Shown here piece after piece: positions 10,112 through 19,215 of a stretch of 64,000 bases of DNA. The translations under genes were made by a program, and so were the position numbers. The notes below the pieces were generated by a model. It saw only the letters and a list, made by a program, of their open reading frames with translations, was not told where the DNA came from and did no database searches. This DNA comes from a virus (taxonomy: Duplodnaviria > Heunggongvirae > Uroviricota > Caudoviricetes), in the IMG/VR virus record IMGVR_UViG_3300021963_000042, positions 1-64,000 of that record. One strand, written 5' to 3'. The first letter of the stretch is position 1; every line of letters begins with the position of its first letter.

Positions 10112-10255
10112 TATTCTTTTCTCTTATAATATACATTGATTCCATCAGAACCAAGACGCTCACAATTATCTATGAGCCACTTAGCCCAAACCCACCAATG
10201 CTCATCATGCCGATATCCATTACAAGCATGCAACGGAACACCATAATCATTAGTC

Positions 10256-10828
10256 TTATTTTCCATACATTAGTTGCATCGCATCCAGCGCACAGTCATG
10301 TACTGGGTGGTGCTTAATAACTTCGTGTCGTTTGAATGTAGGATGCGCAACATCGCAGTATCCATTAGTAGAACCAGTGAAGCAGTCTACTGCTGTTCTC
10401 ACATCCCTCCACATATTATACGTGGTAATTGGATTTTTGCCTACTTTAATACACAGACTGTCTATTGCAACTTGGTCAAGAGAACCACGTGCCCACATAG
10501 TTTGTTTAGCAGGTGTAGGATACTTATTCATATAATCAGTCAGCTGTTCGATAGCATCCTCAGCAAGAAGATCGTTTGGACTCGGATCGAAACTAACCTT
10601 ACGCACATATTCATGTTGCGTTTTCCACCAATCAAGAGTATCTTTGTTGACAGTCCTGCCGAACCTTTCAATCTGATCTTTCGCATTCAGCTTGACGAAG
10701 CAAGCATCGTTCAACAACTTTTGGTAGTCAGGTTGTTCCTCAGGATTGAACCACAACAGTGCTGCTGAAATAACAACAGTTGTAGATTCAATCCCAAGAG
10801 TTTCAATATCAAATACAAACATTACCAA
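10256..10828 (-). CDS. dexA: exonuclease A DexA (DEDDh 3'-5' exonuclease)
   Basis: 190 aa. FVFDIETLG, TLDWWKTQ and HDCALD align to T4 DexA. Confidence 0.75.
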   Translation of the reverse strand: MVMFVFDIETLGIESTTVVISAALLWFNPEEQPDYQKLLNDACFVKLNAKDQIERFGRTVNKDTLDWWKTQHEYVRKVSFDPSPNDLLAEDAIEQLTDYMNKYPTPAKQTMWARGSLDQVAIDSLCIKVGKNPITTYNMWRDVRTAVDCFTGSTNGYCDVAHPTFKRHEVIKHHPVHDCALDAMQLMYGK

Positions 10829-11145
10829 TCCCTTTTATATCCAACTTCAGTCACGAACGCTTTCATCTTTTGTTCATCATCCCAAGATTTGCAATACTCA
10901 TTTTCGGTATCACACATTGGAATAATTTCTTCCTTAGCAATCTCACGGCTGCTAAGAATAGTTTCACCCAACCAGTGTTGAGAAAACTCTTTCATTTCTT
11001 CCAGAGTCACGCTATCTTCTGCCCACTGAATCGCAGTACAACCAAACTGTTCCTCAGTAACATCAGCGTGATTGTCAGGCACTTCAATGATATAACGCAT
11101 ACGATATTGCGAAATAGTATCGACCAAAACATACTTACTCATCAA
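10822..11145 (-). CDS. hypothetical protein
   Basis: 107-aa ORF. Coding-dense minus-strand array. Confidence 0.3.
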   Translation of the reverse strand: MMSKYVLVDTISQYRMRYIIEVPDNHADVTEEQFGCTAIQWAEDSVTLEEMKEFSQHWLGETILSSREIAKEEIIPMCDTENEYCKSWDDEQKMKAFVTEVGYKRDW

Positions 11146-11494
11146 TCATCTCCTTAGTAATAGCAAGTGACTTCTCCAATGCTTTGCCAGCAACACGGAG
11201 ACCATATTCCATTTCACGATTTTTCCACATCAAGATATCTTTTTTCTTTAATGAATCTTGATAGTTATCGTATACTTCAAGCATATCCTTTTCCATTTTA
11301 TTCAGATAGTCCTGACAGTCAATCAGAGTTGCCCAAGATCCGTCCTCGAGTTTCGAGTATCCATTTTTCTCACGCAACTCATCAGTCCAGTTTTTACCAT
11401 GAATATAGGATGGAGCAGGAATAGTGACTACACCAGTCGTCAGCCCACGAATATATTCGATGCGCTCGCTGATTGATTCTCTACCGTAAAACAT
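11135..11494 (-). CDS. hypothetical protein
   Basis: 119-aa ORF. Confidence 0.3.
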   Translation of the reverse strand: MFYGRESISERIEYIRGLTTGVVTIPAPSYIHGKNWTDELREKNGYSKLEDGSWATLIDCQDYLNKMEKDMLEVYDNYQDSLKKKDILMWKNREMEYGLRVAGKALEKSLAITKEMIDE

Positions 11495-12024
11495 TATTCA
11501 TCTCCTTCATCTTCAACTTCTTGTTCACGACCATCCATGTCTGCATGCACTTCGCAAAGCACTTTGTGCCAACCATCAGTATAGCGTTTACCTGGAGCAC
11601 CACACTCTTCACATGTACGATAACTCATACTCTCTGCGAAAGAGATATAGCTGTAGTGTTTATCAGTTGCAGCCTGAACATAGAATCGTAGACCACCAAA
11701 CTTTTCTTTTACCTGAGAAGCAACTGGAACCTTGCTTGCTTCTTCTTCCATGACTTGTTTGCGCAGATCAATTTCGCCCTGTGTGATAACATCACCAGAA
11801 CCACCATACATCTTTTGCCCAACTTTGTCTTTGATAAACTCGTAGCGACTTTTGGCTGAATAGTATTCACTGCACAACTTGCCGCAGAGAACATCGATGA
11901 TGTTATACCAACCATCACCACATTCAAAACCCCAGCACATGGCTGTGTGTTGCATATTCGCATGACGATCTTTAAAGACCAGCGGATACTTTGCACATAG
12001 TGCTTCGTCTAGTTCTTTACGCAT
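11494..12024 (-). CDS. Cys-rich hypothetical protein (putative Zn-binding)
   Basis: CEECGAPGK...CEVHAD plus several CxxC pairs. Start trimmed to the internal Met to remove overlap. Confidence 0.3.
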   Translation of the reverse strand: MRKELDEALCAKYPLVFKDRHANMQHTAMCWGFECGDGWYNIIDVLCGKLCSEYYSAKSRYEFIKDKVGQKMYGGSGDVITQGEIDLRKQVMEEEASKVPVASQVKEKFGGLRFYVQAATDKHYSYISFAESMSYRTCEECGAPGKRYTDGWHKVLCEVHADMDGREQEVEDEGDE

Positions 12025-12026
12025 AA

Positions 12027-12350
12027 TTAACTCCAAGTTCGGTGGGCTTCTGCCACCCATTCAAGACCATCGTACTCTGCGATAGTCCATTCAACATCAT
12101 CAGGAATCTCAACAATCTTGAGTTCAGAAAATCTGTTTGCTGCTTCTCCACCTAACTGCTCAACAACTTGAATCAGAGCAGGATCATCACGAGGGATATC
12201 ATGCACAGACAAATTATCATAAAAGAAATATGACTTGTTGTACTCTCCAAGTTCAATACCCTTTAGTTTTGCGTACAGGTCTTGTGCTTCTTTAGAAAGA
12301 CCAAAACCACCATGACACGCATTAATAACAACTTTCATTTCGAACTCCAA
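12027..12350 (-). CDS. hypothetical protein
   Basis: 107-aa ORF. Confidence 0.3.
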   Translation of the reverse strand: MEFEMKVVINACHGGFGLSKEAQDLYAKLKGIELGEYNKSYFFYDNLSVHDIPRDDPALIQVVEQLGGEAANRFSELKIVEIPDDVEWTIAEYDGLEWVAEAHRTWS

Positions 12351-12562
12351 TGATGACGTCTGTCAAATTTAATATTCAATGCTTTGTGAATCAACTTATC
12401 TTTGATCATATCAGGAATAGTCAGATATGGATACTCAAGGATAAATGGACAACCATCATTACCCCAACTATGTTTCTCAAAAAAATTACGGACAGCCTGA
12501 AGATCTTTCTTCGATGTTTCGTTAAAATAATGTTTCTGACGGATAATAGTTTCAAGAATCAC
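12335..12562 (-). CDS. hypothetical protein
   Basis: 75-aa ORF. Confidence 0.25.
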   Translation of the reverse strand: MILETIIRQKHYFNETSKKDLQAVRNFFEKHSWGNDGCPFILEYPYLTIPDMIKDKLIHKALNIKFDRRHHWSSK

Positions 12563-13140
12563 AGTAATGCCTTTCGCTGTTCTATGTACTTCTGGATCTG
12601 TTCAAGTTGGGCAATGCTTTCAACACGAGCGATAGAATCACACGCACGAATAACTGATGACGCTGGACCACCAGATGCTTCAGCCCAAGCAAACCCTTTA
12701 TCATAACTGTAAGCATGTCGCATAGATGTATGAATCCAATCTTCGATAACATCGAGATTGAGGTCTTCGAAGAACAAGACTCGAATAAAAACATTATCTG
12801 CATCATGCCCCATAAACCTCAAATACCTACCACATTGGTGATGGGTAATCTTCTCGGAGATAGTGCTGGACTTTAGATTATACGCACGATACGGCACATA
12901 ATCACTCTTACCAACATACCCAATATCTTTATCAACAATTCGCTTCGGTTTAGTTAAAGAGACTTGATAGATGCCACGATGGTTATCAACCTGCTTAGGA
13001 GAGAACACATTGTTCCACCAAGTTTTGGTCTTCAACCTTGTGTTATGTTTTTGAGCAGCATTGGGGATTGCAGAAACAGGAATCCAGTCAGTTATATGAC
13101 TAGCCTTGCTTCTGATATCCGCATCAATTTCTTTAATCAC
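12559..13140 (-). CDS. GIY-YIG nuclease-domain protein (Seg-like homing endonuclease candidate)
   Basis: RGIYQVSL...(11 aa)...IGYVGKS matches the GIY-X10-11-YIG motif. Lies next to the ligase gene. Confidence 0.5.
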   Translation of the reverse strand: MIKEIDADIRSKASHITDWIPVSAIPNAAQKHNTRLKTKTWWNNVFSPKQVDNHRGIYQVSLTKPKRIVDKDIGYVGKSDYVPYRAYNLKSSTISEKITHHQCGRYLRFMGHDADNVFIRVLFFEDLNLDVIEDWIHTSMRHAYSYDKGFAWAEASGGPASSVIRACDSIARVESIAQLEQIQKYIEQRKALL

Positions 13141-14495
13141 TTGATGTCCTTACTGTGGTCAGCCACATCTTTATCATCACGAAGTTCAACAAAGATAGGA
13201 AGGAACAAAGATTCCTCACCCAATTTGTTCTTGATACGACTATTATACTTGACTGCGACAATTCTGTCAAGTAATTTTTCAGTGATCAGATTCTTGCGAT
13301 GAGCATCATTGAAACCTGAGCCGACCGAAACCTTTACAACACCATCAGCAGATTCGCAAATAATTGCACCCAGCATACCTTCATACTTGCCAGTACCAGC
13401 CTGTACTCCAACGATACGCAGGTCGCATTCTAGTTCGCCTTTGAATTTGATCTGATGCTTTGCACGTTTATCTTCCCAAACACCACTACCATCTTTAAGG
13501 ATGATACCCTCAAGTCCTTGAGCAAGATATTCTTGGAAGATACCTTGCGCTTCATCTAGCGTTTGAACCATGTCGCTAGAAACGAGCCAAATCTTTTTAC
13601 CACTAGCCTTCTGTTTCTTTACAAGTTGTTGCAGAGAAGAGAATCGTGTTGAGTAGGGGGTTGCGCAACGACCACTAATAAATTGATCATACGGAATCAA
13701 GTCCCACACAGTAGCGTGAACCAACGATGCTTCTTTGGCAGAGATAGTTCCCTTGTTTGCTTTGTTGAGAATACCATTACCAGTCTGACGATCCGCAAAC
13801 TGATGGTCGCCTTCCAGCATTACCAGCAACTCACCATCAAAGACGCAATCAACACCATCAGCAAGAAACAAGAACTCTTGTTCCAAGTTACCGAGCAACT
13901 GAATCTCTTTACCGTTACGGCTACGGAATTCTACCTTACCATTTTTGACGATAGCGTTGAACCGCATCCCATCCATTTTTAGTTGGACGTAGGCTGGATA
14001 CTTTATCTTGTCTACCAGTTTCTGCTCGTACTGGCTGCACAACATTACGGGATATTCGCTCACCAAACCAGTCCACACTGCGTTTGCGGTTGACACTGAT
14101 GCTCCACATTTCAAATCCTTTTCGATAATTCGTTCGATAACCTTAGCGTCGTTAGAGTTAACTGCCTCAAGAATAGCAGTCAGTCGATCAATCGCAGCAT
14201 TACCAGTTACTACACGATTAGATAAGTCTTTGAGTGCAGGTAACATAGAAGCCAGCGAAGCAGCATGATCGCTGGTGTTGGGAGTATACTTTGGAATCTT
14301 GCGTTGATAGAACTGCGTAAAGGGATCGAGAGCCAAGCGGACTACCTCACGCAACACTTCGTTATCGCTGTTCGCATTTAGTTGATCGATTTTGAAGTTG
14401 CGAGAATTGTTTGCCGCAAGGCTCTCGAGAAAACCATTAATGTTCATTGTATCATTTCCTGTATAACAAATTTTGCTTCGGGGACAGAACGGCAC
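13137..14495 (-). CDS. 30: ATP-dependent DNA ligase
   Basis: 452 aa. KMDGMR (KxDG adenylation motif) on a ligase/OB fold. Confidence 0.85.
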   Translation of the reverse strand: MPFCPRSKICYTGNDTMNINGFLESLAANNSRNFKIDQLNANSDNEVLREVVRLALDPFTQFYQRKIPKYTPNTSDHAASLASMLPALKDLSNRVVTGNAAIDRLTAILEAVNSNDAKVIERIIEKDLKCGASVSTANAVWTGLVSEYPVMLCSQYEQKLVDKIKYPAYVQLKMDGMRFNAIVKNGKVEFRSRNGKEIQLLGNLEQEFLFLADGVDCVFDGELLVMLEGDHQFADRQTGNGILNKANKGTISAKEASLVHATVWDLIPYDQFISGRCATPYSTRFSSLQQLVKKQKASGKKIWLVSSDMVQTLDEAQGIFQEYLAQGLEGIILKDGSGVWEDKRAKHQIKFKGELECDLRIVGVQAGTGKYEGMLGAIICESADGVVKVSVGSGFNDAHRKNLITEKLLDRIVAVKYNSRIKNKLGEESLFLPIFVELRDDKDVADHSKDIK

Positions 14496-14671
14496 TTCTC
14501 ACCATTCACAGTTATCATTCGAAAGTGTTTGATGACGACTTTAAAATTTTCAACAGTAAGAGTGACGTCATCAGGGTTTCGTTGCTTCTCAACACGAGAA
14601 CCTGTAGCGAAGAACAAAGTATCCCTAAGTTCGTCAGAAGCAGCCTTACGTTGAAAGTGCACGTTAGCCAT
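14444..14671 (-). CDS. hypothetical protein
   Basis: 75-aa ORF. Confidence 0.25.
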   Translation of the reverse strand: MANVHFQRKAASDELRDTLFFATGSRVEKQRNPDDVTLTVENFKVVIKHFRMITVNGEKCRSVPEAKFVIQEMIQ

Positions 14672-14973
14672 TATGCTGCTTCTTTAAAGATGCTAGACCA
14701 TGTCATCAGTTTATTCATCTTCTCATTCTTAGCAGCCATCACAGTTGCTTCATCGAGCATACCAGAATCAATCAGAAGGTCAATCATACACATCAGGTCA
14801 CCGACTTCTTCTTCAAGATGCTCACGATTTGTTTGCCCTTTGTATGAATCTTCCATACCGAACCGAAATACTTTACTAATAGCCTGAGTAACCTCAGCAC
14901 ATTCTTCTTGAGTGATCAAGAGAATCTCTTTGTGTTTTTCATTAATCTGTTTCATCTTTGCAAATTTATTCAT
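14671..14973 (-). CDS. MazG-like nucleotide pyrophosphohydrolase
   Basis: 100 aa, all-alpha. EECAEV...EEEVGD motifs. Confidence 0.5.
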   Translation of the reverse strand: MNKFAKMKQINEKHKEILLITQEECAEVTQAISKVFRFGMEDSYKGQTNREHLEEEVGDLMCMIDLLIDSGMLDEATVMAAKNEKMNKLMTWSSIFKEAA

Positions 14974-14979
14974 AGTATC

Positions 14980-15195
14980 TCACAGGGAAAAGGTTGTTTT
15001 ACTGGGCATACCTGTAGCGAAGCCAGAGGTGCCAGTTGTAAACCCACGGGAATTCTTACAGGTCATTTTCTGCTTGGGTGCTTTGCGAGACTTCACAATC
15101 TCGATGGAGCCACCAGCCTTCAGAAACTTTTTCAGTTGCTTGTCCATCTCAGCACGGACTTCAGATTTGGTTTGGGTTTTGTAGAGCACGTTCAT
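14980..15195 (-). CDS. hypothetical basic protein
   Basis: 71-aa ORF. Confidence 0.25.
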   Translation of the reverse strand: MNVLYKTQTKSEVRAEMDKQLKKFLKAGGSIEIVKSRKAPKQKMTCKNSRGFTTGTSGFATGMPSKTTFSL

Positions 15196-15212
15196 AATAT
15201 AGATCCTTTCAA

Positions 15213-15455
15213 TTAAGCTACTTCAGACATTTTAGCTTCCATCATTTCAGACAGAATAAACTTTGCGATGTTAATGTTTTTTCGAGCTTGATCGGTTGCT
15301 TGTTCATGACCGAACGACATGAGTTCTTGAGCATCGGAGAGAACACCCATCGCAACCATTTCCAAACCACTCAGGCGAGCAGTCAAGGAATTCATATACT
15401 GGTCACGGATATCTTTAGCGGACATACCGTAGCAGTTCTTTTCAAATTCAGTCAT
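15213..15455 (-). CDS. small early protein
   Basis: 80 aa from the ATG at 15455 with an AAGGAG SD. The track ORF start at 15503 lies inside the promoter. Confidence 0.35.
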   Translation of the reverse strand: MTEFEKNCYGMSAKDIRDQYMNSLTARLSGLEMVAMGVLSDAQELMSFGHEQATDQARKNINIAKFILSEMMEAKMSEVA

Positions 15456-15485
15456 TTCAATCTCCTTTTCGACTAACTTAGAGTT

Positions 15486-15514
15486 ATTATACTCCAAACC
15501 CAATTTATTGTAAA
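15486..15514 (-). promoter_or_regulatory. sigma70-type early promoter (TTTACA-17-TATAAT), copy 1
   Basis: Minus-strand TTTACA (15509-15514) and TATAAT (15486-15491) with a 17-nt spacer. A near-identical unit occurs at 25971 and 28411. Confidence 0.55.
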
Positions 15515-15572
15515 GTATTATTTTAATAACCCTACACCCTGTAGGGGTATCCTAAGTCGTTGATTTTAAAGG

Positions 15573-15598
15573 AAAAAAAAGGCTCCCAGAGGGGAGCC
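15573..15598 (-). terminator. intrinsic terminator
   Basis: mRNA GGCUCCC-CUCU-GGGAGCC followed by U8, downstream of ORF 15621-15926. Confidence 0.6.
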
Positions 15599-15620
15599 AG
15601 AGGAATGTAAACCTTTTGGT

Positions 15621-15926
15621 TTAGTTTTTTAGGCTAGGCATGGCGCCAGCCCCTACGATTTGGATGCCCGAACCGAAGATACGTTTATACTCATTTTCCA
15701 TCTTAACCTCAGGATTTCCTTCGGCTGCGACCGCATGAGCATGAATGTAGATTTTATCAGTAAGGTATGGCATGTAAGGCATCAAGCCCACACCAAGTTG
15801 TCCTTGTTCGTTTTGCTGCATCATCACCACAGCAGGATTTTCAACGAAGTAACCCTTCTCGCTTGTGCTGGTTACCTCAGCAATAATTTCTTCACCACTA
15901 ATCATCTTCATCACTTTTACTGTCAT
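15621..15926 (-). CDS. hypothetical protein
   Basis: 101-aa ORF. Confidence 0.35.
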   Translation of the reverse strand: MTVKVMKMISGEEIIAEVTSTSEKGYFVENPAVVMMQQNEQGQLGVGLMPYMPYLTDKIYIHAHAVAAEGNPEVKMENEYKRIFGSGIQIVGAGAMPSLKN

Positions 15927-16129
15927 ATATCACTCTCCGCTAAGTATTCTATAAATTGGGCAGCTTCTTCATGATCTGTAAAATGTTTTACAATAACATT
16001 CGCATTGTCATAATAATGCTGTGCAACGATTAACACATCTCTGGCTCTAAAGACAGAGATTTTCATAACCCAGTCGCCACGACGGATCGTTTGAAAGGAT
16101 ACGAGGTTGTGTGTTATTTTTGATTTCAT
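15923..16129 (-). CDS. hypothetical protein
   Basis: 68-aa ORF. Confidence 0.3.
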   Translation of the reverse strand: MKSKITHNLVSFQTIRRGDWVMKISVFRARDVLIVAQHYYDNANVIVKHFTDHEEAAQFIEYLAESDI

Positions 16130-16173
16130 ACAAACTATTTAGGGGAACCGAAGTCCCCCTAACGAATGTATGA

Positions 16174-16305
16174 TTAAATAATTTCGTATTCGTCTTTGCC
16201 TACACCACACTCAGGGCATAGAAAGTCAGCTGGAAGTTCTTCCCACTTACCTTCAATTTCCTCATCGTGGATGTGACCACAAACTACACATACATGTTCC
16301 ATCAT
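16174..16305 (-). CDS. rubredoxin
   Basis: 43 aa, MMEHVCVVCGHIHD...CPECGVGKDEYEII, with two CxxCG knuckles. Its start overlaps the rubrerythrin stop as ATGA. Not in the ORF track (<60 aa). Confidence 0.7.
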   Translation of the reverse strand: MMEHVCVVCGHIHDEEIEGKWEELPADFLCPECGVGKDEYEII

Positions 16306-16751
16306 AGACCTCCCAAAACTTGTTTATATGCATTAGCATGGCGCTCTTCAACTTTCTTCAAAGCTGCAAAACGCTTTTCTGCTTTTGCAAGAACTGCTTT
16401 GAATTGTTGAGCATGTTCGTTTGATTCACGTCCTTGCTCATTGAATTCTTTAACAGCTTCAATGTTTTGTTCAATCTTTGCTTGGCGTTCAAACTGAGGA
16501 TACATTGTAGTAAACTCATAGGTCTCACCTTCGATCGCTTTCTCCAAGCATTCCTTAGTGGATGGCTTGCCGATTAGCAATTCTAGATGACCCCATGCGT
16601 GCTTGATTTCTTGGTCAGCTGTATGCTCAAAGTGTTGAGCAACTTCCTCGAAACCTTCTTCACGTGCGATCTTAGCGAAGTAACGATACTTGATATGAGC
16701 CATTGACTCGCCAGCCAATGCACCCTCAAGATTTTCTAATGTTATAGACAT
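16302..16751 (-). CDS. rubrerythrin/ferritin-like diiron protein
   Basis: 149 aa. Four-helix E / ExxH / E / ExxH pattern (ESMAHIKY, EIKHAWGH, EGETYEF, ESNEHAQ). Confidence 0.6.
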   Translation of the reverse strand: MSITLENLEGALAGESMAHIKYRYFAKIAREEGFEEVAQHFEHTADQEIKHAWGHLELLIGKPSTKECLEKAIEGETYEFTTMYPQFERQAKIEQNIEAVKEFNEQGRESNEHAQQFKAVLAKAEKRFAALKKVEERHANAYKQVLGGL

Positions 16752-17053
16752 ATGGTCTCACTTTGTTTTGTTATGTGGATTTGGTGGCACTTTGCCGTTT
16801 ACCCAATCCCAGTCTTCGTCCGTCATTGGAATCCAGTTGTTCATAATGTATAACCCCTTCTTTGAGAATAATTTCTAGACCAGTGTTCTACATCTGCTGC
16901 AGATTGTGGATTCTTAGAAAGTATATACAACTCAAGTTGGGATTTTTGCTCAAATAACTTGGACAGTTTTTTGAGCAAGTTCATCATTTTACTTTACCTA
17001 CCTTGTAGGTTTTGTATTTCTGGATGCCCTCAGAGATGCCAAGAATAATTTCT

Positions 17054-17563
17054 TTACAGGCGTTCAGCAGCTTCATCATAGCCATCCTCCTGTAAAAATT
17101 GCTTGCTTCCCTTAGTCTTCACTGGGACTTTCTTTGCTTTCTTTTCTTCTGGGATTAGACGCTCAAGAACAATCTTAAGCATACCATTGAAAAGTTCAGC
17201 GTCTTTAACTTCGATCTTGTCATCGACAGCGAAAGTACGAGTGAACGCACGAGTAGCGATACCTTTGAACAGGTAGTCGTTATCGTCAGCTGCGTTTTGG
17301 ACATTACCCTTAACGACAAGTTTACCACCATCAATCTCGATGTCGATTTCGTTTTGTGCGAAACCTGCTACAGCGATCTCGATCGTGTAAGTAGTATCAC
17401 CAGTCTTACGGATGTTGAAGGGAGGATAGTTGGGAATGTTCTTTGTCAAATCATCATGCAGTGTTTGCATGCGTTTGAATTGGTCGTCAAAACCAACAAA
17501 GAATTTGTCAAGGTCTTTGAATGCATCTTGTGAAAAGAATGCAGGAATGAATTGTTTATTCAT
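17054..17563 (-). CDS. small heat-shock protein (Hsp20/alpha-crystallin)
   Basis: 169 aa. YPPFNIRKTGDTTYTIEIAVAGF...LVVKG...NGMLKIVLER is IbpA-like. Confidence 0.75.
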   Translation of the reverse strand: MNKQFIPAFFSQDAFKDLDKFFVGFDDQFKRMQTLHDDLTKNIPNYPPFNIRKTGDTTYTIEIAVAGFAQNEIDIEIDGGKLVVKGNVQNAADDNDYLFKGIATRAFTRTFAVDDKIEVKDAELFNGMLKIVLERLIPEEKKAKKVPVKTKGSKQFLQEDGYDEAAERL

Positions 17564-17725
17564 AGTTTTCTCCTATTAAGCGAGTTAGTTAAATTGTAAT
17601 GATACCCCGAAGGCATATCGATCCTGCTTACTGTAGTACAGGGACACCTTATCGTAGTGCCAGCCTTAAGACGCTCCTAAGGTAGTAGAGTCTTTACGTT
17701 CCCATCCCGAGGGATGCAAATTTAT

Positions 17726-17905
17726 TTAGGCAGCAGGTTGTTCTGCTTGAGCAGCCTGCGCAGCTTTCACAAGTTCATCGACTTGTGGATCGCCTTGTTG
17801 TTTAATCTTACTTACCAAAGCAACAACTTCTTCAAAAGGATGCTTACCCAAAGTACGAAGAATCATATTTACTTCATCAATAGTCAATTCAAGTTTAATC
17901 ATTTC
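17726..17905 (-). CDS. small hypothetical protein
   Basis: Internal Met of track ORF 17726-18013 was chosen to avoid the regA overlap. Confidence 0.25.
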   Translation of the reverse strand, partial: EMIKLELTIDEVNMILRTLGKHPFEEVVALVSKIKQQGDPQVDELVKAAQAAQAEQPAA

Positions 17906-18320
17906 GTTTTTTCCCGATATTATATTTAGGTACAAGTTCCCACTGGTCTTTCTCTTTGTAGGAAACCACTTTAATTTGAGATAGCGATGCTTTCTGTTCT
18001 GCTTTTGTTGCAACCAGAATCTTCAAGAGTTCCCAGTCTTGCAACAATGCAGCGATTGCATTGCGTCTCTCAATATCACCAGAAGTGATATTCGATTCTT
18101 TACCGTCCAAAGCAAATAGTTCTTTGAAGTGAACGATAAAGTACCTACCTTGCTTATGTAAAATATGGCAAGATTGGTAAAGTTTCTTTTCTTTTCTGGA
18201 AGCGATTCCGATGCGAGTAAGTGTCTCACGAACCTTCAGAAAGTTATCTGGTTCTGGTAGTGTCACTTCAAGCATGGACTCTGGTGTCCAGTCGTAGTAA
18301 ATCATTTCAACGCTCATCAT
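17895..18320 (-). CDS. regA: translational repressor RegA
   Basis: 141 aa. FLKVRETLTRIGIA...LYQSCHILHKQGRYFIVHFKEL...WELVPKYNIG aligns to T4 RegA. Confidence 0.8.
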   Translation of the reverse strand: MMSVEMIYYDWTPESMLEVTLPEPDNFLKVRETLTRIGIASRKEKKLYQSCHILHKQGRYFIVHFKELFALDGKESNITSGDIERRNAIAALLQDWELLKILVATKAEQKASLSQIKVVSYKEKDQWELVPKYNIGKKRND

Positions 18321-18694
18321 TTTCCACCTTTATATAGTTTTTCTTTTATCAGGTCAAGCTGGACATCAGACAAAACGCCTAGTGCCTGTTTTGCCTTCTC
18401 CATAGAATAACCATAGTATTCCATCACAAAAGATAATGAGTCAGTCTTAGCATCTTTCTTAGCCCATTTACTGAATCTTTTCTTACGTGGTATACTATTT
18501 AGCAAAAAGAAAAATTGCCACTCTTTAGGTATAGAATAATGACGATTCATTTCGTTCGCATACATCACAGTGTCTGGGAACTGAGATAAACCTTTATTCA
18601 CCATCCAAGGCTCGTAGTCTTTGTTAGCCTGTGGATCTTGAAATAGATTCTCCTTGGTATCGTTGATTGCATTAATAAAATCGAATGGGCTCAT
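18317..18694 (-). CDS. 62: clamp-loader subunit gp62 (short form)
   Basis: 125 aa. NKGLSQFPDT and IPRKKRFSKWAKK match T4 gp62 (ALSQFPEC, VPRGKRYGKWAKL). Confidence 0.55.
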   Translation of the reverse strand: MSPFDFINAINDTKENLFQDPQANKDYEPWMVNKGLSQFPDTVMYANEMNRHYSIPKEWQFFFLLNSIPRKKRFSKWAKKDAKTDSLSFVMEYYGYSMEKAKQALGVLSDVQLDLIKEKLYKGGK

Positions 18695-18857
18695 TTTTTA
18701 AGCACCCAATCTTCTGCAGCGTCTTCGGCATGTTCAAGTGTGTCGTAAGATTTTGCAAAATCTTCTTGAGTATTTCCATCCCAGAAAACAACCATGTATC
18801 TACCATTGGCGGTTTTATATACTCTGGCGTTTAACATACCTTCAGTGTAATCACTAA

Positions 18858-19208
18858 TCATACATCAAACCCCACTTCCTTCAAATTTTCTGGTGTAGCT
18901 GCATATCGCTTACCTGGAAATCGTTTCTCTAAATTTGCTTCAAGTTCTTGACGTGTAGTACCTTGTGCAATAAAAGTATTTTCTGGCAGCGAGTAAACGA
19001 AGTAACCATGATCATGCTTTTCAATCTTGATCGGCTGGTACTTCTTTTTCATTTCCTGAAGTTCGTCATCCAAACTTTCTTCTTCAGACAGATACTGTTG
19101 TACTACTCGCTTAGCGTGACGTTCTCTGGCATTCCAACCAGCCACTGCACCCATTAACCAAGCTACTGCTAAGAAGAATATGAAGACAATAAAGTCTAAT
19201 AGTTCCAT
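18858..19208 (-). CDS. membrane protein
   Basis: 116 aa with an N-terminal TM helix (LLDFIVFIFFLAVAWLMGAVAGW). Confidence 0.35.
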   Translation of the reverse strand: MELLDFIVFIFFLAVAWLMGAVAGWNARERHAKRVVQQYLSEEESLDDELQEMKKKYQPIKIEKHDHGYFVYSLPENTFIAQGTTRQELEANLEKRFPGKRYAATPENLKEVGFDV

Positions 19209-19215
19209 ACATCCC

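Noticed and set aside
17564-17725. Possible tRNA or other RNA gene in the GC-richer intergenic region
   Set aside because: No acceptor/T-arm (GTTCGAATC-like) structure could be built by eye. It is treated as a structured leader instead.
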